Shown piece after piece: positions 17,607 through 27,093 of a stretch of 64,000 nucleotides of DNA. How positions within the stretch are numbered: position 1 is the stretch's first letter; each line of letters starts with the position of its first letter. The notes below the pieces were generated by a model. It saw nothing but the letters and a program-made list of their open reading frames with translations. It was not told the origin of the DNA and made no database searches. The stretch lies in assembly GCA_964507855.1 (NCBI GenBank), contig CAZDQS010000001.1, positions 166,121 through 230,120 of the forward strand. The letters are read 5' to 3'. The position numbers and the translations under genes were made by a program. The DNA comes from an uncultured Candidatus Saccharibacteria bacterium (GTDB lineage: Bacteria > Patescibacteriota > Saccharimonadia > Saccharimonadales > CAZDQS01).

Positions 17607-17723
17607 TTGAGAGGAGATGATTTCTCCTCTCAACGCGCCGGGCAGTCGAATAAATCGCCTACTCGGGCTGCTCTTCCCAAGCAGCGAAATCAATAAAGTT
17701 GAAGTGAATTCAACTTTATTGAT
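17607..17723 (+). repeat. intergenic structured repeat, copy A (three hairpin modules plus conserved core)
   Basis: Hairpin 1 is TTGAGAGGAGA/TCTCCTCTCAA. Core is CGCGCCGGGCAGTCGAATAAATCGCCTACTCGGGCTGCTCTTCCCAAGCAGC. There is a 15-bp perfect AT-rich hairpin at 17689-17723. The core recurs at 37981 and 57090 (reverse). Confidence 0.6.
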
Positions 17724-17753
17724 GGACAGTCCAATACTTCAAAAAACTAACGC

Positions 17754-19055
17754 TCAGGCTGAGTGGGCAAAGTTGTCTCTCAGCCATTCGTCTAAACTGT
17801 TTCCGCCGCCGCCGGCCATGCCGACAACCATGTCGCCGTGGTCGAGGTGCTGCTGGATGGCTTGCTTGAGTGTGTCGTCACGCCTTGCAGCTTCGGCAAT
17901 TGAAGGGTCGGTTAAGCGTTCAATAAGTTCCTGCGGCTCGATGATTCGTAGGCCAGGGTCTTCGCGGGCGAGATAGCTGGGCAGCCAGTAGACCTTCTTG
18001 GCACCGTTGAAGCAGTCTTTGTAATCATCAAGCATATAGTGTTGGCGGCGGTTCGTAAGCGGTTCGTACACAACAACAACACCTTGGTTTTTGTCGCGTG
18101 CCAATTCCGTGGCGACACTCATGGCGCCGCGGATTTTGTCCGGCGTATGGGCCTCGTCACTGTAGAGATTGGGCGTAATCTGTTCCATGCGGCGGTGGAG
18201 GCCGGGGAAACGGTTGAGGATGTCCGCTAGCTTCTCGTACGGCTCTTGGAGCACTTCAGCGACTGCCTGGAGGGCAAGTGAGGCGTTTTCGCGGTTGTAG
18301 CGGCCGGCAAGCTCTAGCTCGTTAATACGCGGGTCGGTAAGCGGTGGTGCGAAGATATTAGGCTGGGATTCAAGGTCGAGATAATCTGCCTCGCGATCCC
18401 ACAGGATGGTCCATTGGCTTTGGGAAATAAACTGCCGGAAAGCCTGCTTGTAATCATCGCGGGTCGGGTAGATTTCATGGTGGTCGTACGAGACGCCGCT
18501 CACAATGCTCAAGTACGGCGAAAAAGCCAAGAAGTTACGGTCGAATTCATCAGCTTCGTAGACGAAGTATTCACTTTCAGGATCAAACTGGCCCATATCA
18601 CCGAAGCTTACTTTGGCGCCAACAGAGTAGCTTACCGGAACGCCTAGCTCCTTGAACAGCCACGTGACCATTGCGGTCGTCGTGGTCTTGCCGTGCGTGC
18701 CGGCAATGGCGATAAGCTTGAGACGCTTTTCCTCAATAATGTGGTTGAGCAGCTCATCACGCTTAGACAGCTTGATGCCATGCTCGCGTGCGAAGGCGAG
18801 CTCGGGATGATCGGGATTTTCCTTCTCGACAGCTGATGAATAGACAAGCCAATCAATAGGCCGCTCAGCATGGAGAGCGGCAAGTTTGTCTGCCGACTGC
18901 CCGATATGGATGTGGCTGATGCCTTTCTGGTGAAGGTAGTCAATGTACTGGGACGATTGCTTGTCGGAGCCGGAAACAGTATGTCCGGCCTGAGTAGCAA
19001 TGAGCGCCAACGGACTCATGCCGACACCGCCGATACCTGACACAAAAATATGCAT
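17754..19055 (-). CDS. murC: Mur ligase, UDP-N-acetylmuramate--L-alanine ligase-like
   Basis: N-terminus HIFVSGIGGVGMSPLALIA..GHTVSGSD; P-loop AGTHGKTTTTAMV; Mur ligase middle and C-terminal regions. Confidence 0.7.
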   Translation of the reverse strand: MHIFVSGIGGVGMSPLALIATQAGHTVSGSDKQSSQYIDYLHQKGISHIHIGQSADKLAALHAERPIDWLVYSSAVEKENPDHPELAFAREHGIKLSKRDELLNHIIEEKRLKLIAIAGTHGKTTTTAMVTWLFKELGVPVSYSVGAKVSFGDMGQFDPESEYFVYEADEFDRNFLAFSPYLSIVSGVSYDHHEIYPTRDDYKQAFRQFISQSQWTILWDREADYLDLESQPNIFAPPLTDPRINELELAGRYNRENASLALQAVAEVLQEPYEKLADILNRFPGLHRRMEQITPNLYSDEAHTPDKIRGAMSVATELARDKNQGVVVVYEPLTNRRQHYMLDDYKDCFNGAKKVYWLPSYLAREDPGLRIIEPQELIERLTDPSIAEAARRDDTLKQAIQQHLDHGDMVVGMAGGGGNSLDEWLRDNFAHSA

Positions 19056-19163
19056 ATCATTAGTCTACGGGCAATTACTCAAAAGTTCAAAACCGAGGCC
19101 TGCCTGATAGCAAACAGCTTATGCTACACTGAAAGAAAGATAAGGCCGGACTATAATCAGCGT

Positions 19164-19760
19164 ATGGACAAACGATTGCTCCATCATTACTACACGAGAA
19201 TCCGCGGCTTGAGCGCTTGGCTGTTTTTGGCAGGCGCTCTAGTAAGTGCCGCGCTGTTTATCTACGCCTATCGGCAGAATAATCTCACCATGATTCAGCT
19301 GCGGGATAGGGTTGCGCAAGTGGATTTTAATGACGGCGATATCGAGGGAGCTCTCCGTGATCTCCGGGAGCATGTTCACTCGCATATGAATACTGATTTG
19401 ACGCCGACTGAAGATTCTATTCACCCGCCAATTCAGTTGAAGTACGAGTACGAACGCCTCGTTCAGGCTGAGCGTGATCGAGTGGCGCGGATTAACGCCG
19501 AAGTCAACAGCCAGGCCCAAAGTGCTTGCGCTGGCGCTGGGAATGAACGGGTCAACTGCGTGGCGGCCTATGTCAGCCAACACGGCACGAAAGAGCGGCC
19601 AATTCCTGATGACTTGTATAAGTTTGATTTCGTTTCGCCGCGGTGGTCACCGGATGTTGCAGGGTGGAGCCTGATTATGGCTATCTTGCTCTCGGGCCTG
19701 TTTGTTACCCGACTCATCCTGGATTACTGGTTCCGGTACGAGCTGGAACGGCACAGCTAA
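19164..19760 (+). CDS. hypothetical membrane protein (2 TM)
   Basis: ATG lies 6 nt after TATAAT (19152-19157). TM helices at both ends. The track start at 19050 overlaps the murC start. Confidence 0.45.
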   Translation: MDKRLLHHYYTRIRGLSAWLFLAGALVSAALFIYAYRQNNLTMIQLRDRVAQVDFNDGDIEGALRDLREHVHSHMNTDLTPTEDSIHPPIQLKYEYERLVQAERDRVARINAEVNSQAQSACAGAGNERVNCVAAYVSQHGTKERPIPDDLYKFDFVSPRWSPDVAGWSLIMAILLSGLFVTRLILDYWFRYELERHS

Positions 19761-19911
19761 AGCTGAGTGTTATCAACCGAGCAGCATACAAAGGTGTAGC
19801 TTTGCTGCATCACGGTTTGGTATAGGCGGCGCAGGATCCATGAGGGAATTCTTGAGGCAAAGAATAAAGCACCCCTACTAGGAGAGGCGCTTTATTAGGT
19901 GGACCGATAGC

Positions 19912-20559
19912 TTATTGGTTCTCGGTAGCCGTTGTTTCTTCAGTGTTGGTTGGCTGGGTGTTCGTGTTCGTACCACCGCCCGCGCCTGCCTGAGGGTTAC
20001 ACGCTGCGTAATCCGGATTGTTTTGCTTGTAGTTGGCAATCTCTTGCGGGATGCGGCCGTCGTTCTTGAGGTTTTCCCAGTAGAGAACTTCGCTGCGGTT
20101 GATGAACATCTGATCAGCCGGGCCGTGGATTTCACATCCAAGCTTGCGCACTTCGAGATTGTTGTTTTGGGTTTCGCTGCCAGGCTGCACCTGCTGTGCC
20201 GACAACAGATACCACACATCAGTCAGCACGACATATTTGTCGGTAATTTTTGTGATTTTACCGAAATATGGTGGCTGTTGGTCATTGTTCATGACCACAA
20301 CTTGCATCTGGTCTTTTTGGACAAATCCACCTTCGCCCTCAGTGGAGCGGAATGCTATAGAAGCAGCGACAGCTGCCAGGAGCAATGCCATTGAGATAAA
20401 TAGTATGCCGGAGGATATGCGCAGCCAGGCACTTGAATTGCTTGAGGCCACTGCTGGCCTGCGAGTTTCAGTAGTTTGTGGTTCATGTGCAGGCGCGCTC
20501 TGGCCACCAGAGGGTTGACCTTGCCTGTTCGGGCGTAAGCCACGAGACATAAATTCCAT
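19912..20559 (-). CDS. hypothetical membrane-anchored protein
   Basis: Disordered basic N-terminus, one TM helix, globular C-terminal domain. Antisense ORFs look like wrong-frame artefacts. Confidence 0.5.
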   Translation of the reverse strand: MEFMSRGLRPNRQGQPSGGQSAPAHEPQTTETRRPAVASSNSSAWLRISSGILFISMALLLAAVAASIAFRSTEGEGGFVQKDQMQVVVMNNDQQPPYFGKITKITDKYVVLTDVWYLLSAQQVQPGSETQNNNLEVRKLGCEIHGPADQMFINRSEVLYWENLKNDGRIPQEIANYKQNNPDYAACNPQAGAGGGTNTNTQPTNTEETTATENQ

Positions 20560-20776
20560 AGTTTTATACCACCTTTTAGTTAGCTATAGTTTACGGAAGA
20601 TAGTGTAATCCATAAGCGCGATAAGGGCAACTGCATCCCGACCAAAGGTATCGCGGGCAATAGAAAAACAGCTAGCAGTGATGTAAATTTATTAACATTA
20701 CAGTTGACAAACAAAAACGCACCAGAGTATGTTAGGGGTACATAACTAACTCATAAGAGAGGGAGAAAAGTCAGCA

Positions 20777-20971
20777 ATGGCATACAAGCACACAAACTCT
20801 AAAGGGGTTACCTACTACCTGAACTGCAAAGACGTTACACTCCGCGGCGGCAAGCAACAGCGCATTTACTACTTCAGCAAGGACGAGCGTCCAGAAGGTT
20901 GCGACCTGCCAAGTGGTTACACCGTCAACGAAAACCCACGCAACGGCTTCTTGACTGTTAAGAAGGGTTAA
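20777..20971 (+). CDS. small conserved hypothetical protein (64 aa)
   Basis: RBS GAGGGAG upstream and a terminator immediately downstream. MAYKHTNSKGVTYYLN..LRGG..IYYFSK resembles a recurrent small-protein family (recalled). Confidence 0.5.
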   Translation: MAYKHTNSKGVTYYLNCKDVTLRGGKQQRIYYFSKDERPEGCDLPSGYTVNENPRNGFLTVKKG

Positions 20972-20989
20972 GTTCTGTAATTGACGCAT

Positions 20990-21017
20990 AAAAGCCCGGG
21001 GCAACCTGGGCTTTTTT
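20990..21017 (+). terminator. rho-independent terminator
   Basis: AAAAGCCCGGGG-CAA-CCTGGGC-TTTTTT. Confidence 0.7.
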
Positions 21018-21054
21018 CTATGCAAGGAATAGCCTATCTGTTATATTTTGTAAC

Positions 21055-21813
21055 GTGAAAAACACTATTTTAGAAGTCAAAGATCTCAAGAAGCGGTACG
21101 GCCGGAAGTTGGTCGTAAAAGGTATAAGCTTTGAGGTCAAGAAAGGTGAGATATTCGGTATCCTCGGCCCCAACGGCGCCGGCAAGACAACAACGCTCGA
21201 GATGATCGAGGGGCTAAGGCCGATTGATGGCGGCACGGCGACAATCGACGGCCTGGACGTTGCCAAGGACACACAAAAGATCAAGGAAATTATCGGAGTC
21301 CAGCCGCAGACGCCGGCATTTATGGACAAGGTCAAACTAACCGAACAGCTGGAGCAGCTCGCGTCTGCGTATGGCGCCAAGGTGAACGCCCGGAAACTGC
21401 TCAAGGAAGTCGGCCTGCTCGACAAAGCCGACACATACTCTGAAAACCTCTCGGGCGGGCAGCGCCAGCGATTCAGTATCGTTGCCTCACTTGTGCATAA
21501 GCCAAAGGTCTTTTTCCTTGACGAGCCGACAACCGGTCTTGATCCGCAGGCCCGCCGTAACTTGTGGGAACTGATTACCGAGACGCGCGACAAGGGTGTC
21601 ACTGTGGTTCTTACGACCCACTACATGGAAGAGGCCGAACTCTTGTGTGACCGCGTGGCAATTATGGATGAAGGGAAGATTATCGCCCTCGATACACCAC
21701 GGGCGCTCGTTAAGCAGTTGCTGGGCAAAGGCTTCAAGAAGAAACAGCATGTCGAGCAGGCAAACCTCGAGGACGTGTTTATTGACCTGACCGGAAAGGA
21801 ACTGAGGGAATAG
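21055..21813 (+). CDS. ABC transporter ATP-binding protein (ABC-2/DrrA-like)
   Basis: Walker A GPNGAGKTT, signature LSGGQRQR, Walker B FFLDEP. GTG start. Confidence 0.9.
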   Translation: MKNTILEVKDLKKRYGRKLVVKGISFEVKKGEIFGILGPNGAGKTTTLEMIEGLRPIDGGTATIDGLDVAKDTQKIKEIIGVQPQTPAFMDKVKLTEQLEQLASAYGAKVNARKLLKEVGLLDKADTYSENLSGGQRQRFSIVASLVHKPKVFFLDEPTTGLDPQARRNLWELITETRDKGVTVVLTTHYMEEAELLCDRVAIMDEGKIIALDTPRALVKQLLGKGFKKKQHVEQANLEDVFIDLTGKELRE

Positions 21814-21814
21814 C

Positions 21815-22933
21815 ATGAAAGACACTAAAAAAGCATTTTTGCCAGTTTGGACCTTTGCCAAGATAGATATCCGGCGGGCTTTTCGCGATAAGGTCGCGCT
21901 GTTCTTTATCTTTCTGTTTCCTTTGATCTTCTTGTTCGTGTTCGGTGGTATTTTTGGCCGCAACAGCGATGTGTCATTTCGAGTCGCGTTCATTAACCAG
22001 TCGGAGAATGAGTTTGCTAAGCAGTTTACGGAGCAGGCTCGGGAAATGCCGGTGCTGAAGATTGATCCGGAGGTCAATACTCCAGATGATGCGTATGAGA
22101 AGATTAGCCGTGGCCAGATAGATGCGCTTATTCTGCTGCCTGAAGATTTTGGCGCACTGAATGATAATGGCCAGCCAAGCGGTGAAGCAGTTGTCCAGTA
22201 TACCCAGAACGACGCGCAGGCCGGCCAGACGCTGACGTCAATCTTGCAGGAAAGTGTCTTCAAGGAGATCAACGCGCAGTTTGTCCAGACGGACATGCCA
22301 TTTACAGTGGTCGGCGAGCAGCGTAACGAGCGGAGCCTGAGACAGTTTGATTATACGTTTGCGGGGCTGCTGGGATTTTCTATTATCGGTCTTGGCATCT
22401 TTGGTCCAGTGAATGTATTCCCGCAGCTCAAGAAGCAACAAGTGCTGCGCCGTCTGCATACCACGCCGCTGCGTGTCTGGCAGTATTTCCTGGCGATTGT
22501 TATTTCTAACTCTGTTGTCGGGCTGATGAGCCTGGCGACGATGTTTATTGTTGCGATGATAGTGTTTAAGTTGCAGGTGATAGCAAATCCAATAGAGCTT
22601 GTCGTATTCCTGGTGCTGAGTATTATCACTATCCTTGGTATCGGACTGGCGATTGGCGGTTGGGCAAAGAATGAGAACCAGGCGGCGCCGCTCTCAAACA
22701 TTGTCGTGTTCCCAATGATGTTCTTGTCTGGCACCTTCTTCCCTCGGTTCGCTATGCCGGAATGGCTGCAGACCGTTTCTGGTTTCTTGCCGCTGACACC
22801 TGTGATTGACGGGGTCCGGTTGATGGTTACCGAAGGCAAGCACTTGATTGATCTGGGTCCCCAGATTGGCCTGATGTTTGGCTGGCTGGTCATTATCTAT
22901 ATCATCGCCTTCCGTGTCTTCCGTTGGGAGTAA
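21815..22933 (+). CDS. ABC-2 type transporter permease
   Basis: Starts 2 nt after the ATPase gene. N-terminal TM, large extracytoplasmic loop, 5 C-terminal TM segments. Confidence 0.8.
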   Translation: MKDTKKAFLPVWTFAKIDIRRAFRDKVALFFIFLFPLIFLFVFGGIFGRNSDVSFRVAFINQSENEFAKQFTEQAREMPVLKIDPEVNTPDDAYEKISRGQIDALILLPEDFGALNDNGQPSGEAVVQYTQNDAQAGQTLTSILQESVFKEINAQFVQTDMPFTVVGEQRNERSLRQFDYTFAGLLGFSIIGLGIFGPVNVFPQLKKQQVLRRLHTTPLRVWQYFLAIVISNSVVGLMSLATMFIVAMIVFKLQVIANPIELVVFLVLSIITILGIGLAIGGWAKNENQAAPLSNIVVFPMMFLSGTFFPRFAMPEWLQTVSGFLPLTPVIDGVRLMVTEGKHLIDLGPQIGLMFGWLVIIYIIAFRVFRWE

Positions 22934-22963
22934 GTTGAAAAACTTGCTCAAGTGTGATATAAT
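22934..22963 (+). promoter_or_regulatory. sigma-70-type promoter (TTGAAA-18-TGaTATAAT)
   Basis: TTGAAA at 22934-22939 and an extended -10 TGATATAAT at 22955-22963. The ATG at 22970 lies 6 nt downstream, giving a leaderless layout. Confidence 0.5.
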
Positions 22964-22969
22964 ATAAGT

Positions 22970-23191
22970 ATGACTAATACTGACCGCCAGGATGCATGGG
23001 CTGAAACTGGCTATGTTCGAGAGATTGACCCGGAGACTGTGCAGCGTATTGCTCGATTCCTCGGAAATGAATCTGGCAATACCACGGAGTCTTCGCCTGA
23101 CATCGAGTGGGCGGGTAATGCAGAGCGCACCGCGAGTAACCTCGCCCGTGTCCGCAGCATCAGAGACCAGCTCAGCAAAGAACGGGTATAA
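22970..23191 (+). CDS. small hypothetical protein (73 aa), probably leaderless
   Basis: ORF begins at the predicted transcription start. Its composition is protein-like, unlike the overlapping alternative frames. Confidence 0.35.
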   Translation: MTNTDRQDAWAETGYVREIDPETVQRIARFLGNESGNTTESSPDIEWAGNAERTASNLARVRSIRDQLSKERV

Positions 23192-23202
23192 TACATAACC
23201 GC

Positions 23203-24162
23203 ATGAGTATATGGGAAGAGTTACCGCAGCCATTCTTTGTGTTGGCGCCGATGGACGATGTGACGGACACAGTGTTTCGTCAGATTGTCGGGTCGTGTGC
23301 GCCGCCTGATTTGTATTTCACCGAATTTGTGAACGTCGATGGGCTGCAGAGTCCGGGCCGATCGGCGCTGCTGAAGAAGCTGCAGTTTATAGATAAAGAG
23401 ACGCCGATCATTGCTCAAGTCTGGGGTAAGAATCCTGAGAATTATTACAAGACAGTCAAAGAGCTGAAGGAAATGGGGTTCGCCGGTGTTGATATCAACA
23501 TGGGCTGTCCGGTGAAGACGGTGATTAAAAATGGCTGCTGCTCGGCGCTCATTAATAACAGAGAGCTAGCAGGGGAGATTATTGATGCGTGTAGGGAAGG
23601 GGCTGGTCCGCCAGCTGGCGGATTCCCTATCAGCGTCAAAACGCGGCTGGGCTTCAAGGATGTGGACTTCAGCTGGCATGAATCATTATTATCAAAAACA
23701 CTTAACGCGTTAACTATTCATGGTCGTACAGTCGCGCAACTGAGCAATGTTCCGGCTGACTGGGACGCCATTCGTCATATCCGTGAGCTGCGTGATTCCC
23801 TGTCGCCCGATACCAAAATTATTGGCAACGGCGATGTTTTGACGCGCGAGCAAGGATTAGAGCTGGCAAACATGCATCGGCTCGACGGTATTATGGTTGG
23901 CCGGGGAATATTCCAGGATCCATTCGTGTTCGCCCGAACCAGCCCGTGGGAGGACTTTGATAAAGAGCAGCGCGTTATGCTTTATCGTCGCCACATCGAG
24001 TTGTTTATGCAAACCTGGCAACATGGCGAACGGCCGATACACACGCTCAACAAATTTTGCAAAATCTATATCAACGGCTTTGACGGCGCCAAAGAATTGC
24101 GCGAAAAGCTGATGAGCTGCCAGAGTGGCGAAGAGCTATTACGTACGCTTGATCAGGCGTAG
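23203..24162 (+). CDS. tRNA-dihydrouridine synthase
   Basis: LAPMDDVTDTVFR, VDINMGCP, ..TIHGRT.. TIM-barrel Dus motifs. Confidence 0.85.
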   Translation: MSIWEELPQPFFVLAPMDDVTDTVFRQIVGSCAPPDLYFTEFVNVDGLQSPGRSALLKKLQFIDKETPIIAQVWGKNPENYYKTVKELKEMGFAGVDINMGCPVKTVIKNGCCSALINNRELAGEIIDACREGAGPPAGGFPISVKTRLGFKDVDFSWHESLLSKTLNALTIHGRTVAQLSNVPADWDAIRHIRELRDSLSPDTKIIGNGDVLTREQGLELANMHRLDGIMVGRGIFQDPFVFARTSPWEDFDKEQRVMLYRRHIELFMQTWQHGERPIHTLNKFCKIYINGFDGAKELREKLMSCQSGEELLRTLDQA

Positions 24163-24467
24163 CGCTCGCCCCAATCGGCCATTTTTTGAAGTACTGATTC
24201 TAGGTCTCGACCTTTTTGGGTCAAGTCGTAGCGGTAGCGCGGTGGATGTTCGCAGTACAGTCGCTTGAGGACGATCTTCTCTTTCTCTAGTTTGTCGAGT
24301 CGCTGGCTGAGTGTGCGCGGGCTGATATGTTCCAGGGAGGTCTCCAGTTCGCTGAAAGTCTTCGGTTGGGCGGTGAGATCGCGCACAATAAGTGCCGTCC
24401 ACTTGTCGCCAATGATATTGAGAGCGGAGGTTATACAGCCTGGTTTATTTTCGACATTACTGCGCAT
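24153..24467 (-). CDS. HxlR-family transcriptional regulator
   Basis: C..SALNIIGDKWTALIVRDL....F.ELE....ISPRTLSQRLDKLEKEKIV.R..Y...PPRYRYDLT.KG. Confidence 0.85.
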   Translation of the reverse strand: MRSNVENKPGCITSALNIIGDKWTALIVRDLTAQPKTFSELETSLEHISPRTLSQRLDKLEKEKIVLKRLYCEHPPRYRYDLTQKGRDLESVLQKMADWGERYA

Positions 24468-24510
24468 AACGTCGTAATTATAACACTAATGTGTAATGAA
24501 GGCTTTACAA

Positions 24511-24531
24511 AGTATAGTTAGTAACTATACT
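24511..24531. promoter_or_regulatory. perfect 10-1-10 inverted repeat, candidate HxlR operator
   Basis: AGTATAGTTA-G-TAACTATACT in the divergent HxlR / FMN-reductase intergenic region. Confidence 0.4.
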
Positions 24532-24578
24532 TATTGTAGTGACCAGTAAGAAAAACATTTTGGAGGGATATTGAAGCT

Positions 24579-25139
24579 ATGAAAATCGCTGTTATCGTGG
24601 GTAGTACCCGCCCCGGCCGATCTGGCAAAAAGATTGCTGAATGGTACATGGATCAGATCAAAAATACGAAAGGCGCTGAGTTTGAACTCATTGACTTGAA
24701 CGACGTCAATCTGCCGCTCTTGGATGAGCCGGTGCCACCGTCACAAAAGCAGTACAGCCAGGAGCACACCAAGCAGTGGAGCGAGCGGATAAGCGGCTTT
24801 GACGGCTATGTATGGGTAACAGCTGAGTATAATCATAGCGTGCCCGGTGCGCTCAAGAATGCTATTGATTATCTGTACCACGAGTGGGTTCGCAAACCGG
24901 TTGCGCTGGTGAGCTACGGCAGCATGGGCGGCGTCCGTGCAGCAGAGCACTTACGACAAATTGCCGGTGAGTTGCAGATGGCGGACATTCGTCCGGCTGT
25001 CATGATTATGGAACCATGGGCAGCATTTGATGACGACGGGAAGATGCGTCCAGAAGCCGTGATTGGCGAGCCGGCTGCGCAAGTTGAAGACCTGCTGTGG
25101 TGGGCTCGGGCACTCAAAGCAGCCCGCGACAGCAAGTGA
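24579..25139 (+). CDS. NAD(P)H-dependent FMN reductase family protein
   Basis: MKIAVIVGSTRPGRSG.. N-terminus and ..EYNHSVPGALKNAIDYL. Confidence 0.8.
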   Translation: MKIAVIVGSTRPGRSGKKIAEWYMDQIKNTKGAEFELIDLNDVNLPLLDEPVPPSQKQYSQEHTKQWSERISGFDGYVWVTAEYNHSVPGALKNAIDYLYHEWVRKPVALVSYGSMGGVRAAEHLRQIAGELQMADIRPAVMIMEPWAAFDDDGKMRPEAVIGEPAAQVEDLLWWARALKAARDSK

Positions 25140-25215
25140 TAGACGAGGGCGCCTGCTAGTAGTAAGCACAAGCATGGTGGTATACTGTGCTGGCTAACTA
25201 AAAGGAGGTGTGCCC

Positions 25216-26106
25216 ATGAGTCTCACAACTTTGAAGGCCAAGATTACAGCCGCCACGACGACATTGTCACTGGCGGCTTTATTATTTCCGGCAGTTGCCA
25301 GCGCTGCTACTACGGTAGTTGTGCATCCGGGTGATACCGGCGGATGGGCGTCGGCGGATACGCGCCCGGGCGGAACGATTGATTATGTGGAAGCAAGTGA
25401 TGCGCCGCTTGGTGAAGGCGCGTTGCGCTTGCAAACCGATGAGACAAACAATGCCAAGGCGCAGTACATGACGGATAACAACCTCGGTACCCCACTGGCA
25501 GATGTCACTGACCTCAGCTACTGGACAAAGCAAGTAGCAGCCAGCTCTGCTGGTGGATCAGCATCATTCCAATTGGCCGTAGATCTTGATGGTGATATCA
25601 GCACAGAAGAGGGCTTCACCACACTCGTGTACGAGCCATATTGGCAGAATAGTGCCAGCCCTGATCCGGCACCGGTTGAAGCTGATACATGGCAGCAGTG
25701 GGATGTAGACGCTGGGGTATTTTGGTCGAGCCGAACGGTCGGAGGCTTAACTGCTGGCGCCGGTGGCCCGCCACTCTATAGCCTTGCGGATGTATTGGCG
25801 CTGAATCCGGATGCAGTTGTTCTGGCATTCGGTGTCAACGTAGGTACCTTTAATCCGAATTATGAAGTGCTTGTCGATGGCGTTGTCTTCAATGACACAA
25901 CCTACGACTTTGAGCTAGAGGTACCGGTCTACATCAACGAGCCAACCTCAAAGGACGATTGTAAGAAAGGCGGTTGGGAATCGCTAACTGGTGCGGACGG
26001 TACGCCGTTCAAGAACCAGGGCGACTGCGTTAGCTACGTTGCAACGCAAGGCAAGAACCAGCCGAGCGGCAACCCGGTTGTACGCTTCCTCCAGTCTCTG
26101 TTCTAG
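25216..26106 (+). CDS. secreted hypothetical protein
   Basis: AAAGGAGG RBS 7 nt upstream of ATG 25216; signal peptide ending ASAAT. Confidence 0.55.
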   Translation: MSLTTLKAKITAATTTLSLAALLFPAVASAATTVVVHPGDTGGWASADTRPGGTIDYVEASDAPLGEGALRLQTDETNNAKAQYMTDNNLGTPLADVTDLSYWTKQVAASSAGGSASFQLAVDLDGDISTEEGFTTLVYEPYWQNSASPDPAPVEADTWQQWDVDAGVFWSSRTVGGLTAGAGGPPLYSLADVLALNPDAVVLAFGVNVGTFNPNYEVLVDGVVFNDTTYDFELEVPVYINEPTSKDDCKKGGWESLTGADGTPFKNQGDCVSYVATQGKNQPSGNPVVRFLQSLF

Positions 26107-26126
26107 CAGGTGCTTGCTAGGAGAAG

Positions 26127-26154
26127 ACGGACGTCGCAATGCGGCGTCCGTTTT
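26127..26154 (+). terminator. rho-independent terminator
   Basis: ACGGACGTCGC-AAT-GCGGCGTCCGT followed by TTTT. Confidence 0.65.
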
Positions 26155-26190
26155 ATTTATCCCGAACGCAAAATACCGTATAGTGGTGGA

Positions 26191-27093
26191 GTGATAAAAG
26201 CAGAGCATCTTTCAAAGAAGTACCGGAAGAAAATCGCCGTAGATGACATATCTTTCGATGTCGAAACGGGGAGAGTAACGGGCTTTTTGGGCCCAAACGG
26301 TGCGGGCAAGTCCACGACGATGCGTCTCATGCTGGGTCTGGACAATGGCAAAGGCGTGACGACGTTCGATGGCAAAAAGTTGCGTGAGTATGCCAAGCCT
26401 TCCAATGTAGTGGGGATTTTGCTAGAAGCCAAAGCCTTCCATCCTACCAGAAGCGCACGGAGTCACTTGAAGGTTCTAGCCGATGCCGGCGACATTTCGC
26501 TAAGCAGGGTTGACGAAGTACTTGATATTGTCGGGCTGAAAGATGTCGCTAAGAAAAAGCCTGGCAAGTTTTCACTTGGCATGAGCCAGCGGCTCGGTAT
26601 TGCCGCGGCTATTTTGGGTAAGCCCAAATACCTGTTGCTTGACGAGCCGGCTAACGGGCTTGATCCGGAGGGTATTTACTGGCTCAGAGGGTTTCTGAAA
26701 AACTACGCCAATGATGGCAACGCCGTATTTGTATCATCACACCTTTTGAGTGAGATGGCGCTTATGGCGGACGACCTGGTTGTTATTGGCAAGGGCAAGT
26801 TGATAACAAGTGGCGCCGTCAAAGAGTTGCTGAGCAAGTCAAAAGGCAGCGGCGTGTTTGTGCGTACCAGCAAGCTGGCTCAACTGGAGAAAGTGCTCAA
26901 ACCCAAGTTTGGTATTACGAAAACCGATGGCGGATTAAACATTTCTGGAGCCAAGACTGATGAAGTGGGAAAACTAGCTTTCGAGGCGGGGATTCCAATC
27001 TTAGAGCTGACTGCCCGCTCCGCGTCGCTGGAGGAAGCATTCCTTGAGCTCACCGCCGACAGCCAGGAGTACAAAACCGGAGGTAACAAGTAA
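26191..27093 (+). CDS. ABC transporter ATP-binding protein
   Basis: GTG 26191 follows GGTGGA and lies downstream of the terminator, so the track start at 26110 was rejected. GPNGAGKST, SLGMSQRL, LLLDEP. Confidence 0.85.
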   Translation: MIKAEHLSKKYRKKIAVDDISFDVETGRVTGFLGPNGAGKSTTMRLMLGLDNGKGVTTFDGKKLREYAKPSNVVGILLEAKAFHPTRSARSHLKVLADAGDISLSRVDEVLDIVGLKDVAKKKPGKFSLGMSQRLGIAAAILGKPKYLLLDEPANGLDPEGIYWLRGFLKNYANDGNAVFVSSHLLSEMALMADDLVVIGKGKLITSGAVKELLSKSKGSGVFVRTSKLAQLEKVLKPKFGITKTDGGLNISGAKTDEVGKLAFEAGIPILELTARSASLEEAFLELTADSQEYKTGGNK

